A stretch of DNA of 63,986 nt, filler included, from Stramenopiles sp. TOSAG23-2 (lineage: Eukaryota): the NCBI GenBank assembly GCA_900128395.1. It is 3 parts of 3 records of this genome, joined end to end, with 100 filler letters (N's around TTAATTAATTAA, not from the genome) between each part and the next. Parts side by side here need not be neighbours in the genome. Positions count along the whole stretch, not along the records: positions 1 to 21,606 come from LT649535.1; 2 more parts are not named here. One strand, written 5' to 3'. Under the pieces are notes generated by a model, which did no database searches, had not been told where the DNA came from, and saw nothing but the letters and a program-made list of their open reading frames with translations. Below, in pieces: positions 10,400 through 21,283 of the stretch. Within the stretch, counting starts at the first letter, position 1; each line of letters begins with the position of its first letter. The position numbers and the translations under genes are program-made.

Positions 10400-13300
10400 C
10401 TAAACATGATCGTCTTCGGCATGTATATCTAGAATAGCTAAATGCAGGTTATGGGAATGTATATCATGGTCTTCCAACTCTTCACCGTCATGTTTCTCAT
10501 CAATGGTATCCAATGCAAATAGTGAACCAACATGTTTGATTTCTCGCGCTGTATTTTGACCAAGATCATCATCAACTGATACTTGACGCTTAAAAGATAT
10601 TGGATTTGCCTGTATTTGTTCGCTTTCTTTTTTCAAATCAAACACCATTTTACATTCATAAAATGTAATAGCTGGCGCTAATTGCTCAGCAAGTGCCTCT
10701 GCTGCCTTTTGTTTTTGCGTATTTGACCCTATCATTCTAGTTAATTCACCTGACTTTTCAGCAATTTTTTTTGCTAATTCATATTGTTCTTGAACTTGCA
10801 CTCTTTCATCAAAAGTACAGCAACCAAAACATCCACCACCATTACCACCAGAAATTTTAATAGTAGGCAAATCTTCATCTAGAACATCCAACATATGTTC
10901 CAATGTAATGTGTGCTATGCCAGGCTTTCCAAGGCGCAAATGCAAAGCTGCTATACGACACAACCAATTGATAAATATTACTTCTGATGATGGGCCAAAC
11001 TGCAGCGAAGCTGCTTCATCAATTTCAGCTAATCGAATACAATCACCATACTTAACAATCGCATCTAAATAATCTTCATTGAATTCAGCATAACGAGCAC
11101 TATCTTCCAAACACATCATTGCCTTCTTATATTCTTTTGCAGCTTCTGCATGATATGCAATAACGGAGCTGTAAAGTTCAATTTCATCAACATGGGCTTC
11201 TTCATAAAATGCCATGACACGGCGATGTAATTTTTGACGATCGCTGAAAGTCATTGAATTATATATCCCATCTCTTGCAGCGATGCTCGTAAACGTATAA
11301 AATAAACTTTCACCAACATCGTTGCCTAGTAAATGCGTTGACTCTCTTGCAACTGCTGTAGATGCGTCCCACACCAAAACACCGATACGAACAAGGTTTT
11401 TCAAACAATCAATAAGGGAACGCTGTTGTTCTTTACCATCTAGATCATCAAAGGAAAATCCTAACGCATGCAATGCCATTAACATTTCCAAATCAACTTC
11501 TGTTCCAACGACACTAATCATCCGTGCTACACATTTTGACGGAATATCTAAACGATCCACCTTTCGCTTCCATAAATCAGTCATTTTTGTTGGCAATTGC
11601 ACTGTACCATTATTTACAGCACTTGATAATTTCAAAAGCATTTGATCATTTTCATGTATTTTTTCAATTAAATTTTCATCATGCAATGTGGTATAAACAT
11701 CAATTGCTGCTGATAATTCCCCATCGCTTGCATTACGTATATATTTTAACAAATTGCTAGAAAGTGTACCCCCAGCTTCGTTCTTTAGCACAACGACGAC
11801 ATTTTCCCAAGACAATCGTTCTAGAGTAATTTGACTATCAATTTGCTGTGTAATAAAATCGACCATGGTATATATTCGTTGCTGCTGTTCCACTTCTTGC
11901 ACAAACAAATTTGTCACACTTGCAAGTGAAATGCCAGATGCAATTGTTTTTAAAAATGTATTACGTGTCATATTATTTCCTGATTTAGTTCGTGTCATTG
12001 GCGATTGTATATTATTGCCGTTCCTACTTGTGGTAGTCATCGGAAGTGGGTAATGCTCATCCGACATCATTATGGCTGTTGGGCTGAGAGATTGTTCTGC
12101 TAATGATATAACCTCATCTCCATCAGTTTTACCATTCCCTACTGATTTCACAACTTCTTCCTCCTTAGCAATATTCGATTCTGTTACAATAGCAGAAAAT
12201 CTTTTCTTCTTTGCCCGTGTATTTCCACCTTTCCTATTTGATAATTGTTGATCTTTCACCATTGGACTAGGAAGAAAAACTTCATTATTCGATGAATCTA
12301 AGCTATCTCTCACAAGCGTATCGGAAATAGACTTGCTAGCAACATTATGATCGCTTCCATTAGCAGTTAAAGATAGTTTCGGGCTAAGCGCAGTAATGAA
12401 AATTTTTAATTTTTCATATTGGCGATTACATATTTGCATCAACAAATTAATAGTATTTGCATCAAGCATATCAGCATCGTCAATTAAAATCACAAAACGT
12501 GTAACATCCTCTTCTTCCTTTGCCCCGGCGGTATCGTCGTCCTTTTTCCCTTTACCATTATCAAAAAGAAAATCCAACAAGGTGAAGAAGATTTCACTCA
12601 ATGCAAAACATTCTTTTACAATTTTTCTTGCAGTCGATGAACCATTATCATCGCCCGTATCATTACTATCAATATTATCATCATGACGGTCAAACAATTT
12701 ACTATCCATGCCAACAGCAATGCATCGCTTGGCAAATTCTGGCATTATTAATTTAATAACCCACAATGACGGTTGGACTTTTTTATTTGTTTGTAAATAT
12801 GAAATGATTGCATCCAATCTTTTAGAATCCATTGTTTTAAATGCATTATTCTCAGCCTCATGCACGCTGCGTTTTTTTTCACGATCGGCACAACTAACGA
12901 AATGATCCACATGGTTTGAATCGACACCAAGTAAGCTTCTAAATACTCTTCGAAATGGATAATATGGGCTCTGTTGCTCAGCAACGCGACCAACTGTTCC
13001 TACAACTTTAAATTTCGATATTTGTTGTAGTCGACGCATTAAATTAACAAGCACAGTAGTTGTACCAACCCCAGAATCCGAGAAAACGGCAACTGCTGAA
13101 AAATCTGTTGAATCAACAACATGGGACATTAATTTCTCCATTTCCTTCGTGCGACCGACTAATTTTGTTGCCTTGCAATGCAGTAAATTGGTTGGTAACG
13201 TCCGTTGAATTGGAGTAAATACTGGAACAGGTCCTTCACAACCTTTTAAAATAAGTGGCTTAGGGAGACTATCGAATCGATACTCCGATGCTGCCTCTTT

Positions 13301-15379
13301 CGCTGTATCTTCACAAACATAAACTTGACCTTTCTTATCTTTACTCATAAGTCGTGCACTTAAATTTACTGTATGCCCCACAGCAGCATATTCACAGCGT
13401 TCCGCGCTACCAACATTCCCACAAAATACTGTGCCAGTCGTAACACCTGCGCTAACCGAAAATCCAAACTTATCACTATTACTACGGATTCTTAATGCTA
13501 TTGTGACGCCGCGTGCGGCTTGGTTTGCATATGACAATGGCGGAAACCCAACAACGATAACAGCTACAGCACCTTTGTCATCGACGACGAATTGTCGCAA
13601 AATACCACGTTGGGAATAAATAGCTTTTTCAACACTTTTGAAAAATTCATGCAATGTCTCCAAGGCACGTTCTTTATCTTTTTGAATAGATGGCAAACCT
13701 TTGAACTTCACGAAGACAACTGTAACGTTGCGGACATCAGCTGCATTGCTAGTTCCATAATGTACGGCATGGGCTATGCATAAAGGAGCATATTCTAATA
13801 ATCCATTTATATGAGAGGCATCTAATGTCGGCAATGGCTTGACGTGAGCAGGTTTTAACGCAGAGTCGAGTCCAGTCATTTTATAATATCTTGAATCTTT
13901 AATTTTTTGTGCAATTTTTAAACGTTTTTTCCCTTCTGGTATATTTAGAACATCACATAACTTAAGAAACGAATCGTCACTGATAACAATTTCACCAGGT
14001 TTCGATAGATCAACCCCATCAGTTGACTGGCGATATCCTTCCCCATTAATGAAAAATTCCCAACGATTTTGCACACCACCTAAACATATCAATGACATTT
14101 CGCCCGAGCCAACACATACATGTAGTTTTAAAGATCCAGAGCCATCTTCCAGATCTACTACATCTTTTGCTACGCCAAATCCACAACGTATAGCGTGGTA
14201 CACCAAATGACCTAATGATTTATCTTTTTCAAGACTATCTGCTGACCACAAACAGATAAGGGCATCGCCAGCAAATTTGATGATGTCACCACCAGCTTCA
14301 TGTATTTTTTCAATCAAACTCGTAAAAAATCCAGTAATCGCTGATGCTAATTTCTCTGAACCTTCCCCAGTATGTTTCGTCGTTATAGTAGAAAAGGATG
14401 ATCGATGATTTATTTTATAATCATTTAATTCCTGTGTATTACTTTTTCGTAAAGGTGTTGCAAGATCATTGTTTTCTTCGTTATCTCCATCATCATACGT
14501 TTCTGTTTTTTCACTAAGTTCCTCTAATAATAATGATTTGATCTGTTTATCATGGCTTGGTATTTTTTTCAATATCATTTTAGATCGTATTTTATGACTT
14601 TTATCGAAATGTTTTGTTAATAATGATGCACCGCTTAATAATTTACTTTTCGTATTTGAGTTCTTATTGTTAATAGTTTTCCCTTCATTTGCCGATTGTT
14701 CTTCACGTTGTAATCTTGATGCAAGACTTGAAAAGCCAGATATATCAAAAAAAACACATGCTGCTTGAAAGGTTTCGTATCGCGGACCATGTTGTTTCTT
14801 CTGACCACCATCACTATCATCATGTATGTTATCTCCCCATGGTTTATTTGCTGCGATTTTTCTTAATAAAACACGTGGTACAAACTTGCGTGCTCCTTGT
14901 AATTGTTGTGACATAGGCACATGATCAAGAATCGTACTATGCCTCCTTGGCATTAAACTTTTTTTTGAAAATAAAGCAGAGCCTGGTGTTTTTAAAGTTC
15001 GTACCGGTGTTGTCGATAGTTTACTAGAAATATAGTTGATCACGTTTGTATTATTATTATTATTATTTTGGTTCTTGCGACGTCGTTTACCACGTATTCT
15101 CATGGATTGCCGCCTTACACTAGGTGATCTTTGATATGGTGATTGAATTGGTGTTGATCTATGCATAACACCAAAATTTGACAGTTTACGTTCTGGTATA
15201 GGAATACTCAAACCAGATTTTAAACCAGATTTTGCAGATTTTAAAGACGATGGTGGTTGTTGTTTTTTACTCTTATTTTTCATTTCAATAGATACGTCAT
15301 TTTTATCAACGCCAGTATTAATAATTATTTCACCATCTTTTTCTTTTTTTTTCTTCATCCCGTTATTATTATTTTCCAT
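10400..15379 (-). CDS. Soluble-type (ADCY10-like) class III nucleotidyl cyclase: two cyclase domains, STAND/AAA-like region, TPR-like C-terminus
   Basis: VFFDISGFS, IIKFAGDALIC, QFVVDDKG, GVTTGTVFCGNVGS, EYAAVGHTVNLSARLM, LVGRTKEME, ILIDDADMLD. Confidence 0.9.
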   Translation of the reverse strand: MENNNNGMKKKKEKDGEIIINTGVDKNDVSIEMKNKSKKQQPPSSLKSAKSGLKSGLSIPIPERKLSNFGVMHRSTPIQSPYQRSPSVRRQSMRIRGKRRRKNQNNNNNNTNVINYISSKLSTTPVRTLKTPGSALFSKKSLMPRRHSTILDHVPMSQQLQGARKFVPRVLLRKIAANKPWGDNIHDDSDGGQKKQHGPRYETFQAACVFFDISGFSSLASRLQREEQSANEGKTINNKNSNTKSKLLSGASLLTKHFDKSHKIRSKMILKKIPSHDKQIKSLLLEELSEKTETYDDGDNEENNDLATPLRKSNTQELNDYKINHRSSFSTITTKHTGEGSEKLASAITGFFTSLIEKIHEAGGDIIKFAGDALICLWSADSLEKDKSLGHLVYHAIRCGFGVAKDVVDLEDGSGSLKLHVCVGSGEMSLICLGGVQNRWEFFINGEGYRQSTDGVDLSKPGEIVISDDSFLKLCDVLNIPEGKKRLKIAQKIKDSRYYKMTGLDSALKPAHVKPLPTLDASHINGLLEYAPLCIAHAVHYGTSNAADVRNVTVVFVKFKGLPSIQKDKERALETLHEFFKSVEKAIYSQRGILRQFVVDDKGAVAVIVVGFPPLSYANQAARGVTIALRIRSNSDKFGFSVSAGVTTGTVFCGNVGSAERCEYAAVGHTVNLSARLMSKDKKGQVYVCEDTAKEAASEYRFDSLPKPLILKGCEGPVPVFTPIQRTLPTNLLHCKATKLVGRTKEMEKLMSHVVDSTDFSAVAVFSDSGVGTTTVLVNLMRRLQQISKFKVVGTVGRVAEQQSPYYPFRRVFRSLLGVDSNHVDHFVSCADREKKRSVHEAENNAFKTMDSKRLDAIISYLQTNKKVQPSLWVIKLIMPEFAKRCIAVGMDSKLFDRHDDNIDSNDTGDDNGSSTARKIVKECFALSEIFFTLLDFLFDNGKGKKDDDTAGAKEEEDVTRFVILIDDADMLDANTINLLMQICNRQYEKLKIFITALSPKLSLTANGSDHNVASKSISDTLVRDSLDSSNNEVFLPSPMVKDQQLSNRKGGNTRAKKKRFSAIVTESNIAKEEEVVKSVGNGKTDGDEVISLAEQSLSPTAIMMSDEHYPLPMTTTSRNGNNIQSPMTRTKSGNNMTRNTFLKTIASGISLASVTNLFVQEVEQQQRIYTMVDFITQQIDSQITLERLSWENVVVVLKNEAGGTLSSNLLKYIRNASDGELSAAIDVYTTLHDENLIEKIHENDQMLLKLSSAVNNGTVQLPTKMTDLWKRKVDRLDIPSKCVARMISVVGTEVDLEMLMALHALGFSFDDLDGKEQQRSLIDCLKNLVRIGVLVWDASTAVARESTHLLGNDVGESLFYTFTSIAARDGIYNSMTFSDRQKLHRRVMAFYEEAHVDEIELYSSVIAYHAEAAKEYKKAMMCLEDSARYAEFNEDYLDAIVKYGDCIRLAEIDEAASLQFGPSSEVIFINWLCRIAALHLRLGKPGIAHITLEHMLDVLDEDLPTIKISGGNGGGCFGCCTFDERVQVQEQYELAKKIAEKSGELTRMIGSNTQKQKAAEALAEQLAPAITFYECKMVFDLKKESEQIQANPISFKRQVSVDDDLGQNTAREIKHVGSLFALDTIDEKHDGEELEDHDIHSHNLHLAILDIHAEDDHV

Positions 15380-15953
15380 TCTCTTATAATACCTTGTGTT
15401 TTTTTTTATTTATTTTTTTTGGAATAGTTGTATTAAATATATATATATATATATTATATGATATAATACTTGTTATAATTATGATTATTGTTTCTCTCTG
15501 TTTCTATATCTAAATTCATTAATAATAATAATCAATATTAGAATATATGTCACATATATTTATTAATATTAAATCAATTTTGCTATTTTTTGTATGCTAT
15601 TTGTATGCTATGAATGAAAATTTGTTAAATGCGGCACACATCTTTAACAAATAAATAATGTGATGTAAATGCAGAATGCAATAACCTTTACACAAACAAC
15701 ATCAATTCAATCAGAGAGAGAGTTCCAGAGTCCATCAGAGAGAGAGAGAGTGCCACAATCACATGAGGAAGGAGAGTGAATTTTTAATAATATGAAAATC
15801 ATTTATATATATAATATATTAAACGAAGTATTATATATGTGTATATTTATATATCGTGTGATAATACAGTGTGATATAAACACAATATCACATACTTCTC
15901 GTATATATATATTTTCGTACATTTTTACGTGTAATAAAAATAATATTTTCGGA

Positions 15954-17093
15954 TTATTTATGAGGATGCATATTAACAGACATGGGACTTCTAGGTAAAG
16001 TATATAAATTGCTATTTCGATGAATATTATCCACTTCACATTGTATTAAATGATTTAGAGTGTTTCGATTTAATTCAGTGGAATCATTAAAATCAAATGA
16101 AAATCGATTTTGACATAATATAATATCATCTTCCTGGAAGTATTTGCTTACATATCTATGCCTTAATGCTTGATCAACAGTTATGCGTTGCTTAGGATCT
16201 AATGTTAATAGTTTACCTAATATATCTTTTGCATCAGGTGAACAATGTGGAAACGCTTGGGTTAACGGTATTGGAACATATTGTTGCTGGCGTTGTATCC
16301 ATAAACACGCATCTTTTGATGCATACCAACTAATATCATCAACACTAGGTGTTCCGGTCAATTGAAAAATTTTCTCAATTTGCTTAACCTCATCCTTTCC
16401 TTGGAACAATGGTTGTTGATGGATCATTTCATATAATACACAACCAGCTGCCCACATATCGACTGATTCATTATATTTACAACTACCTAATAAAATTTCT
16501 GGTGCACGATACCATCTTGTCACGACATTTTGAGACATTGTGCTAAGCATATTATTAGGATCACGAGGCAATGTTTTATTTTCACGATCAAGACTTCGTG
16601 CTAAACCAAAATCGCATATACGCAAATCGACTTGGGAATTCGTCAATAGATTGCTTGGTTTGATATCACGATGGACAATACCAGCTGAATGCATATATTT
16701 TAAACCACATAGTAATTGATACATCAAAAATCGATGATGATCATCACCTAATTTTATTTGCGGATTGTAAATTACGCGATGCAAATCGGTTTGAATAAAT
16801 TCAGTACATATATACAAGTCTTTACCCTGATCAGCACGGACTTGCGTTGCTTGCGCATCTTTTAAAGTGACGATATTTGGATGGTTGGACAAATGTTTCA
16901 TAATTTTTAATTCTCTTAATATCTTTTTTGATGTGCTTAATTCATTTAAATATAAAGGTACTTTTTTCACTGCGACATCTTCTTTTATTTGTTCATTGCT
17001 ATTATTATTATCAGCTATCGTAACTGAAGCAAGGCATACACAACCATATGCACCTTTACCAATGGGTCTAAGTACATCGTAATTATTGATCAT
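15954..17093 (-). CDS. MAP kinase family Ser/Thr kinase with atypical activation loop
   Basis: IGKGAYGCVC, VAVKK, ILRELKIM, HRDIKPSNLL, ICDFGLAR, VVTRWYRAPE. Confidence 0.93.
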   Translation of the reverse strand: MINNYDVLRPIGKGAYGCVCLASVTIADNNNSNEQIKEDVAVKKVPLYLNELSTSKKILRELKIMKHLSNHPNIVTLKDAQATQVRADQGKDLYICTEFIQTDLHRVIYNPQIKLGDDHHRFLMYQLLCGLKYMHSAGIVHRDIKPSNLLTNSQVDLRICDFGLARSLDRENKTLPRDPNNMLSTMSQNVVTRWYRAPEILLGSCKYNESVDMWAAGCVLYEMIHQQPLFQGKDEVKQIEKIFQLTGTPSVDDISWYASKDACLWIQRQQQYVPIPLTQAFPHCSPDAKDILGKLLTLDPKQRITVDQALRHRYVSKYFQEDDIILCQNRFSFDFNDSTELNRNTLNHLIQCEVDNIHRNSNLYTLPRSPMSVNMHPHK

Positions 17094-17200
17094 CTATTTC
17101 CATACCATTATAGTTCATGTTGGAAAAATTATATATATATATATGTTTCACAGTTTAAGAATGTTTAATGAATGTGGTTATGTTTATAATAGTAAATTAT

Positions 17201-17535
17201 TTATCGAGTATGAATTTTGTTTTTGTTATTTGTATTCTTCTATTGATATGATAGATATATATACAATGTATATCTATCTATATCTATTAGTAATTCTTAT
17301 ATATTACATCATGTTGTATTAATATTAGTAATGTAAATGTGCTAATATATATTACCTGGTATTAACATGCTAATCCATGTATATAGCAGGCTAAAAAAAA
17401 AGAAAAAAATTACCACAGGTATTGCGGTGCTATTTTTAGAAAAGAGTATATTCGCTTCCTGATGTTATAATGTGGTCTGATGGGTGGGATTTTGAATTCC
17501 GGAAAATCCGGTGTGCGTGTGTCGCAATATTTTTA
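17201..17535. repeat. Copy 1 of a diverged inverted duplication (partner 21284-21606); upstream region of the MAPK gene
   Basis: TTATCGAGTATGAATTTTGTTTTTGTTATTTGTATTCTTCTATTGATATGATAG and GGATTTTGAATTCCGGAAAATCCGGTGT are reverse complements of blocks at 21553-21606 and 21343-21370. Confidence 0.9.
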
Positions 17536-17661
17536 AAAAATTACAGGTTGTGTTCCTCGTAATGAGTAAAGATTTAGTATACCATTTATATAGATTTATA
17601 TAGGTAGATATTGGATAATTCATAAAATCCAAAAATGGCCAATGATGTTTAATTAATTTGG

Positions 17662-18170
17662 ATGAAAACTATATCAGGGACTTGGGCTGATGGTGATGTG
17701 TAAGAAGGAGAGTGGAAAGACGACAAGAAGCACGGGCAAGGGAAATATACTTTTGGCAAAGGCAAATGGGAAGGTGATGTGTATGAAGGAGAGTGGAAAG
17801 ACGACAAGAAGCACAGGCAAGGGAAATATACTTGGGTTGATGGTGATGTGTATGGCATGAAGGAGAGTGGAAAGACGGCAATAAATGGAATGTTGCAGGT
17901 TTATTTCGTAATGTCTTCTTATCACTTGAGCTCCTCATTATTACTACTAAACTACGTACAGTTCCAATTATCGGTGAAGTGAAAGAACGCGTTAATAATC
18001 ACTTTCCCAATGTTTTTTCGCGTAATGTAGAATTGTACCTAAAATTTACTTTCTTTGCCAATGTGAGCTTGGATGGAACAATAAATTTTAACCGTAGAAT
18101 ATTTACTATTAATTGTTTCCAACAATGGATGAATATTGTACTTTCAGCGTTGAAGAAATCTTCCAGTTAA
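17662..18170 (+). pseudogene. MORN-repeat pseudogene
   Basis: TWADGDV*EGEWKDDKKHGQGKYTF...GDVYEGEWKDDKKHRQGKYTWVDGDVY; TAA at 17701 where Tyr is expected; 5-nt insertion at ~17854-17858; the shifted frame stays open to 18170. Confidence 0.85.
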
Positions 18171-18623
18171 AACAACAAGTTAATTTCTTTGACAATGTGA
18201 GCGTGTAATGTAGAATTATATAAAATTAAAAATATAATTCTATGAAATTGTATTTAATAAATTCCAATTCCTACCGCACAAATATACACAAAATTGTAAA
18301 AATGCAAGAAAAGTTGGAATAAATAAAATGTTAACTGTATAAATGTTAACACTAATTGAACGATATTGTACTGCCAGCTTCGAAGATATCTAATCGTCCA
18401 GTTTGTCGTTTCAATTCCTCAATGTTTCAAACGTAGATTATATGTTTGTATTTTTAATAGTAAGTATATATGCTATGTTCTGATATATGTGTGTGAGCAT
18501 GTGTTGCGCATGTGTGTGGTGAGTGCAATATTGTACACAAATACAGTATGTTTATTCATTGTTATACATGTGTATGTCCCCACTACCCGACATAAAACGG
18601 AGCAGCTCCTCTAATACCTAATC

Positions 18624-18797
18624 GGGTCCATTATCCATAAAAGTGGTGCGCCTACACAGCACTGGTTATTTTTCCATTCGTATTTATTAATTATTATAAA
18701 AAAAAAAAAATAATGAGGAGAGGGTCCATTTTCCATAAAAGTGATGCGCCTACACAGCACTGGTTATTTGTGCATTGCCAATAACCAGTCCTGTGTA
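18624..18797. repeat. 48-bp direct repeat (18624-18671 / 18722-18769) plus an 18-bp-stem hairpin (18751-18797)
   Basis: GGGTCCATT(A/T)TCCATAAAAGTG(G/A)TGCGCCTACACAGCACTGGTTATTT occurs twice; TACACAGCACTGGTTATT pairs with AATAACCAGTCCTGTGTA (1 mismatch). Confidence 0.9.
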
Positions 18798-19334
18798 CCT
18801 GTTAACCCGGAAGTAGGTAGGGAAATCGCATATATATAAGTACAATAGTTAGTAGTCCAAATAAGAATCACCATATTCAAGAGAAATTTAGCGATTTTTT
18901 AAAGAATATCCTGGTTAGCCATAGGGTTAGCGCAAAAACTTTTCAATTTCTGTGGTTCTTATTTAGACTATACCTGGTACTAATACGATTATAGGATACA
19001 CAGCAGTTATATTATTATTAATATAAATAATTAATATATATATATATTTACCCGGAGATGAAATATAAATAAAAAACAAAAATAAATTTATAGAAATACA
19101 CCATATGCTTTTTGTAGATTCTATAGATAATATACATTGTTATTATATGTAAATAAATATCTATATATATAATATATAGATATACATACTCCAGTTGTTG
19201 CTATATTTTTGGCTCAATATATATATATATATAGCGTGTGATATTTTTTTTTTTTTTTTACAAAAAAATTAGAGATAATAATAATACATGATATATTTAT
19301 ATATATATAAATAATATAAACAATATTAATTATT

Positions 19335-20273
19335 ATGTCGTTTTTAGGATTAGATATTGATGTCATAGCTTGTTTAAGAATGGGCGCGATTGGAGGTTTA
19401 GGTGCTATTCCTGGCACATTATGTGCGCACCCATGTGATGTAGTTAAAATTAATATGCAAATAGGTGGCTCTAGTTCATATCCAAATGCATTTAAAACTA
19501 TTATGGGAACAATAGGTAAAAATGGAAAGCCAATGGGAGTTTTAGGATTTTACCGTGGGTTGACTCCAGCAATTGAACAACGAATGGTTGCAAGAGGGCC
19601 TATGTTTTTAATTTCAGAACTTTATACACAAGTCGTAGAGAAAACAACGGGAATCACTGGAACGGGAGCTAGATTTGTTGGCTCCGTTGGCAGTGGGTAT
19701 ACAACAGGATTTTTAGCTGGTTTAGCAGAATATCGTAAAAAAATGTTAAGTCAATCCATTATCACTGCGAAAGAAGCTCGTTGGGGTAATATTATACGTA
19801 CTGCAACTAAATCAGGAAATACAAATTCACTTTTTCGTAGATTACATGCAGCTGGTGCTTGTTCTGCTGTATATGATAGTACTTTTTTTTCCACACAACA
19901 TCATTTAGCCACTGAACGAAATTTTTCACCACCTGTTAGTTATGGATCTGCAGCAGCAGCAGCAGTTACTGTAGCATTTTTATTTGATACGACCGTAGCA
20001 CGAATGATGGTCGTTGCACCATCAAAACCAGTCAAAACATTCTCACAACACGTTAAAGAATTAGTATGGAATGGAGCACCAAAAGTGGAAGGCCAAAATC
20101 CTATTGTTAGATGTTTACGTGGAGCACGTGTAGGTTTCCGTGGATTACCTGCAAGAATTGTTGAATTTGCTATTAGTTATTCCGTGACAGGATTTGTATC
20201 TATATATGTAGTGGCTTTCTTTGCAACAAAAGTAATGAGTGATAATAATAAAGATGATGAAGAAGAGAGATAG
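19335..20273 (+). CDS. Divergent mitochondrial carrier family (SLC25-like) protein
   Basis: 312 aa; HPCDVVKINMQ fits Px[DE]xx[KR]; GFYRGL and GFRGL carrier motifs; Gly/Ala-rich TM segments. Confidence 0.75.
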   Translation: MSFLGLDIDVIACLRMGAIGGLGAIPGTLCAHPCDVVKINMQIGGSSSYPNAFKTIMGTIGKNGKPMGVLGFYRGLTPAIEQRMVARGPMFLISELYTQVVEKTTGITGTGARFVGSVGSGYTTGFLAGLAEYRKKMLSQSIITAKEARWGNIIRTATKSGNTNSLFRRLHAAGACSAVYDSTFFSTQHHLATERNFSPPVSYGSAAAAAVTVAFLFDTTVARMMVVAPSKPVKTFSQHVKELVWNGAPKVEGQNPIVRCLRGARVGFRGLPARIVEFAISYSVTGFVSIYVVAFFATKVMSDNNKDDEEER

Positions 20274-20451
20274 ACAGCGAGATTAGAGAGAGCGGGCGGG
20301 ATCGAGCATGTTGAAGTTTCTGCTGATATATATTTCGTATGAAATTCCTAAAAAATGTTCGTTAATGTAAAGTACACGGTTTTTCGTAAATACTTTTTTG
20401 ATGTTTGTTAATTGACACAAATGATATCATACGACGAGTATAATATATTTA

Positions 20452-20775
20452 AAGCAATTTTTTTTATAAAATTTTAAAACCTCGTACTCATCATGATTAA
20501 TTCGTATCATACTCCTCCTCCAAAAGAACACCAGAAACGCAACTTAAAATGGGACACGAGTGTATGCTGTACTATGAACATTACTGCCTTCATCATGATT
20601 AACATTCATGGCCACATCTGCTGGTTTAACTTGTGGTCTTTCAACAACAACGGTGGCTGGTGCTGCAGTGGTGGTGGTGGTGGTGGTAGGAGCAGCTGGT
20701 GCTGCTACTTTTTTACTGGAAGCTTTTACCTGTGGTTGTTCAAGATTTTTTGCTTTTCCGGAACTATCTTCTTCT
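20452..20775 (-). pseudogene. Truncated duplicate of the LysRS 3' end and 3' UTR
   Basis: 20544-20775 equals 22175-22406 apart from one synonymous change; UTR homology with indels; in-frame TAA just upstream of the breakpoint. Confidence 0.9.
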
Positions 20776-21283
20776 TGTTATTGTTGTTGTTGTTGTTGTG
20801 TCATTATCATCAGTAAGTAACGATGCCATCGTTTCAATTTTTGTCTGGTATTTTCACTAACAATTATTATATATATATCTTTGTTTCTTTGCACTTTGCA
20901 CCTTTCTGTTTTCTTTCCTTCATTTTCACTATACATTGATATACATTTAATTGTTTTTTAGTTTTTAGTTAGTAGTGTTGTAGTAGTAATTTTATTTGAT
21001 TCAAACCTATCAAACATATATCAAAATATCAAAATCAAAATTAAAATATCAAAATCCATGCCAAAAATGACACATCATAATTTATACTCTACCAAGTAAT
21101 AAGTATATTTACTAGGTACATACCATCACTATCACATACATGGATATAGCATGCAAGATCGACCTTATTCCCATTGTATTATTTGATAGGTATAATAGCA
21201 GATTTAGTATATGATATACTATTATAAGTACGAAGTGGAAAAAGAGGAACACAACCTGCGATTTTATCAAAAAGAAGATTTTA

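Noticed and set aside
17701..17703. TAA at a conserved Tyr position suggesting stop-codon reassignment
   Set aside because: Intact genes terminate at TAA/TAG and have no internal stops; the same locus also has a frameshift
18624..18769. Repeat-spacer-repeat resembling a mini CRISPR
   Set aside because: Only two 48-bp copies, low-complexity spacer, eukaryotic context, no cas genes
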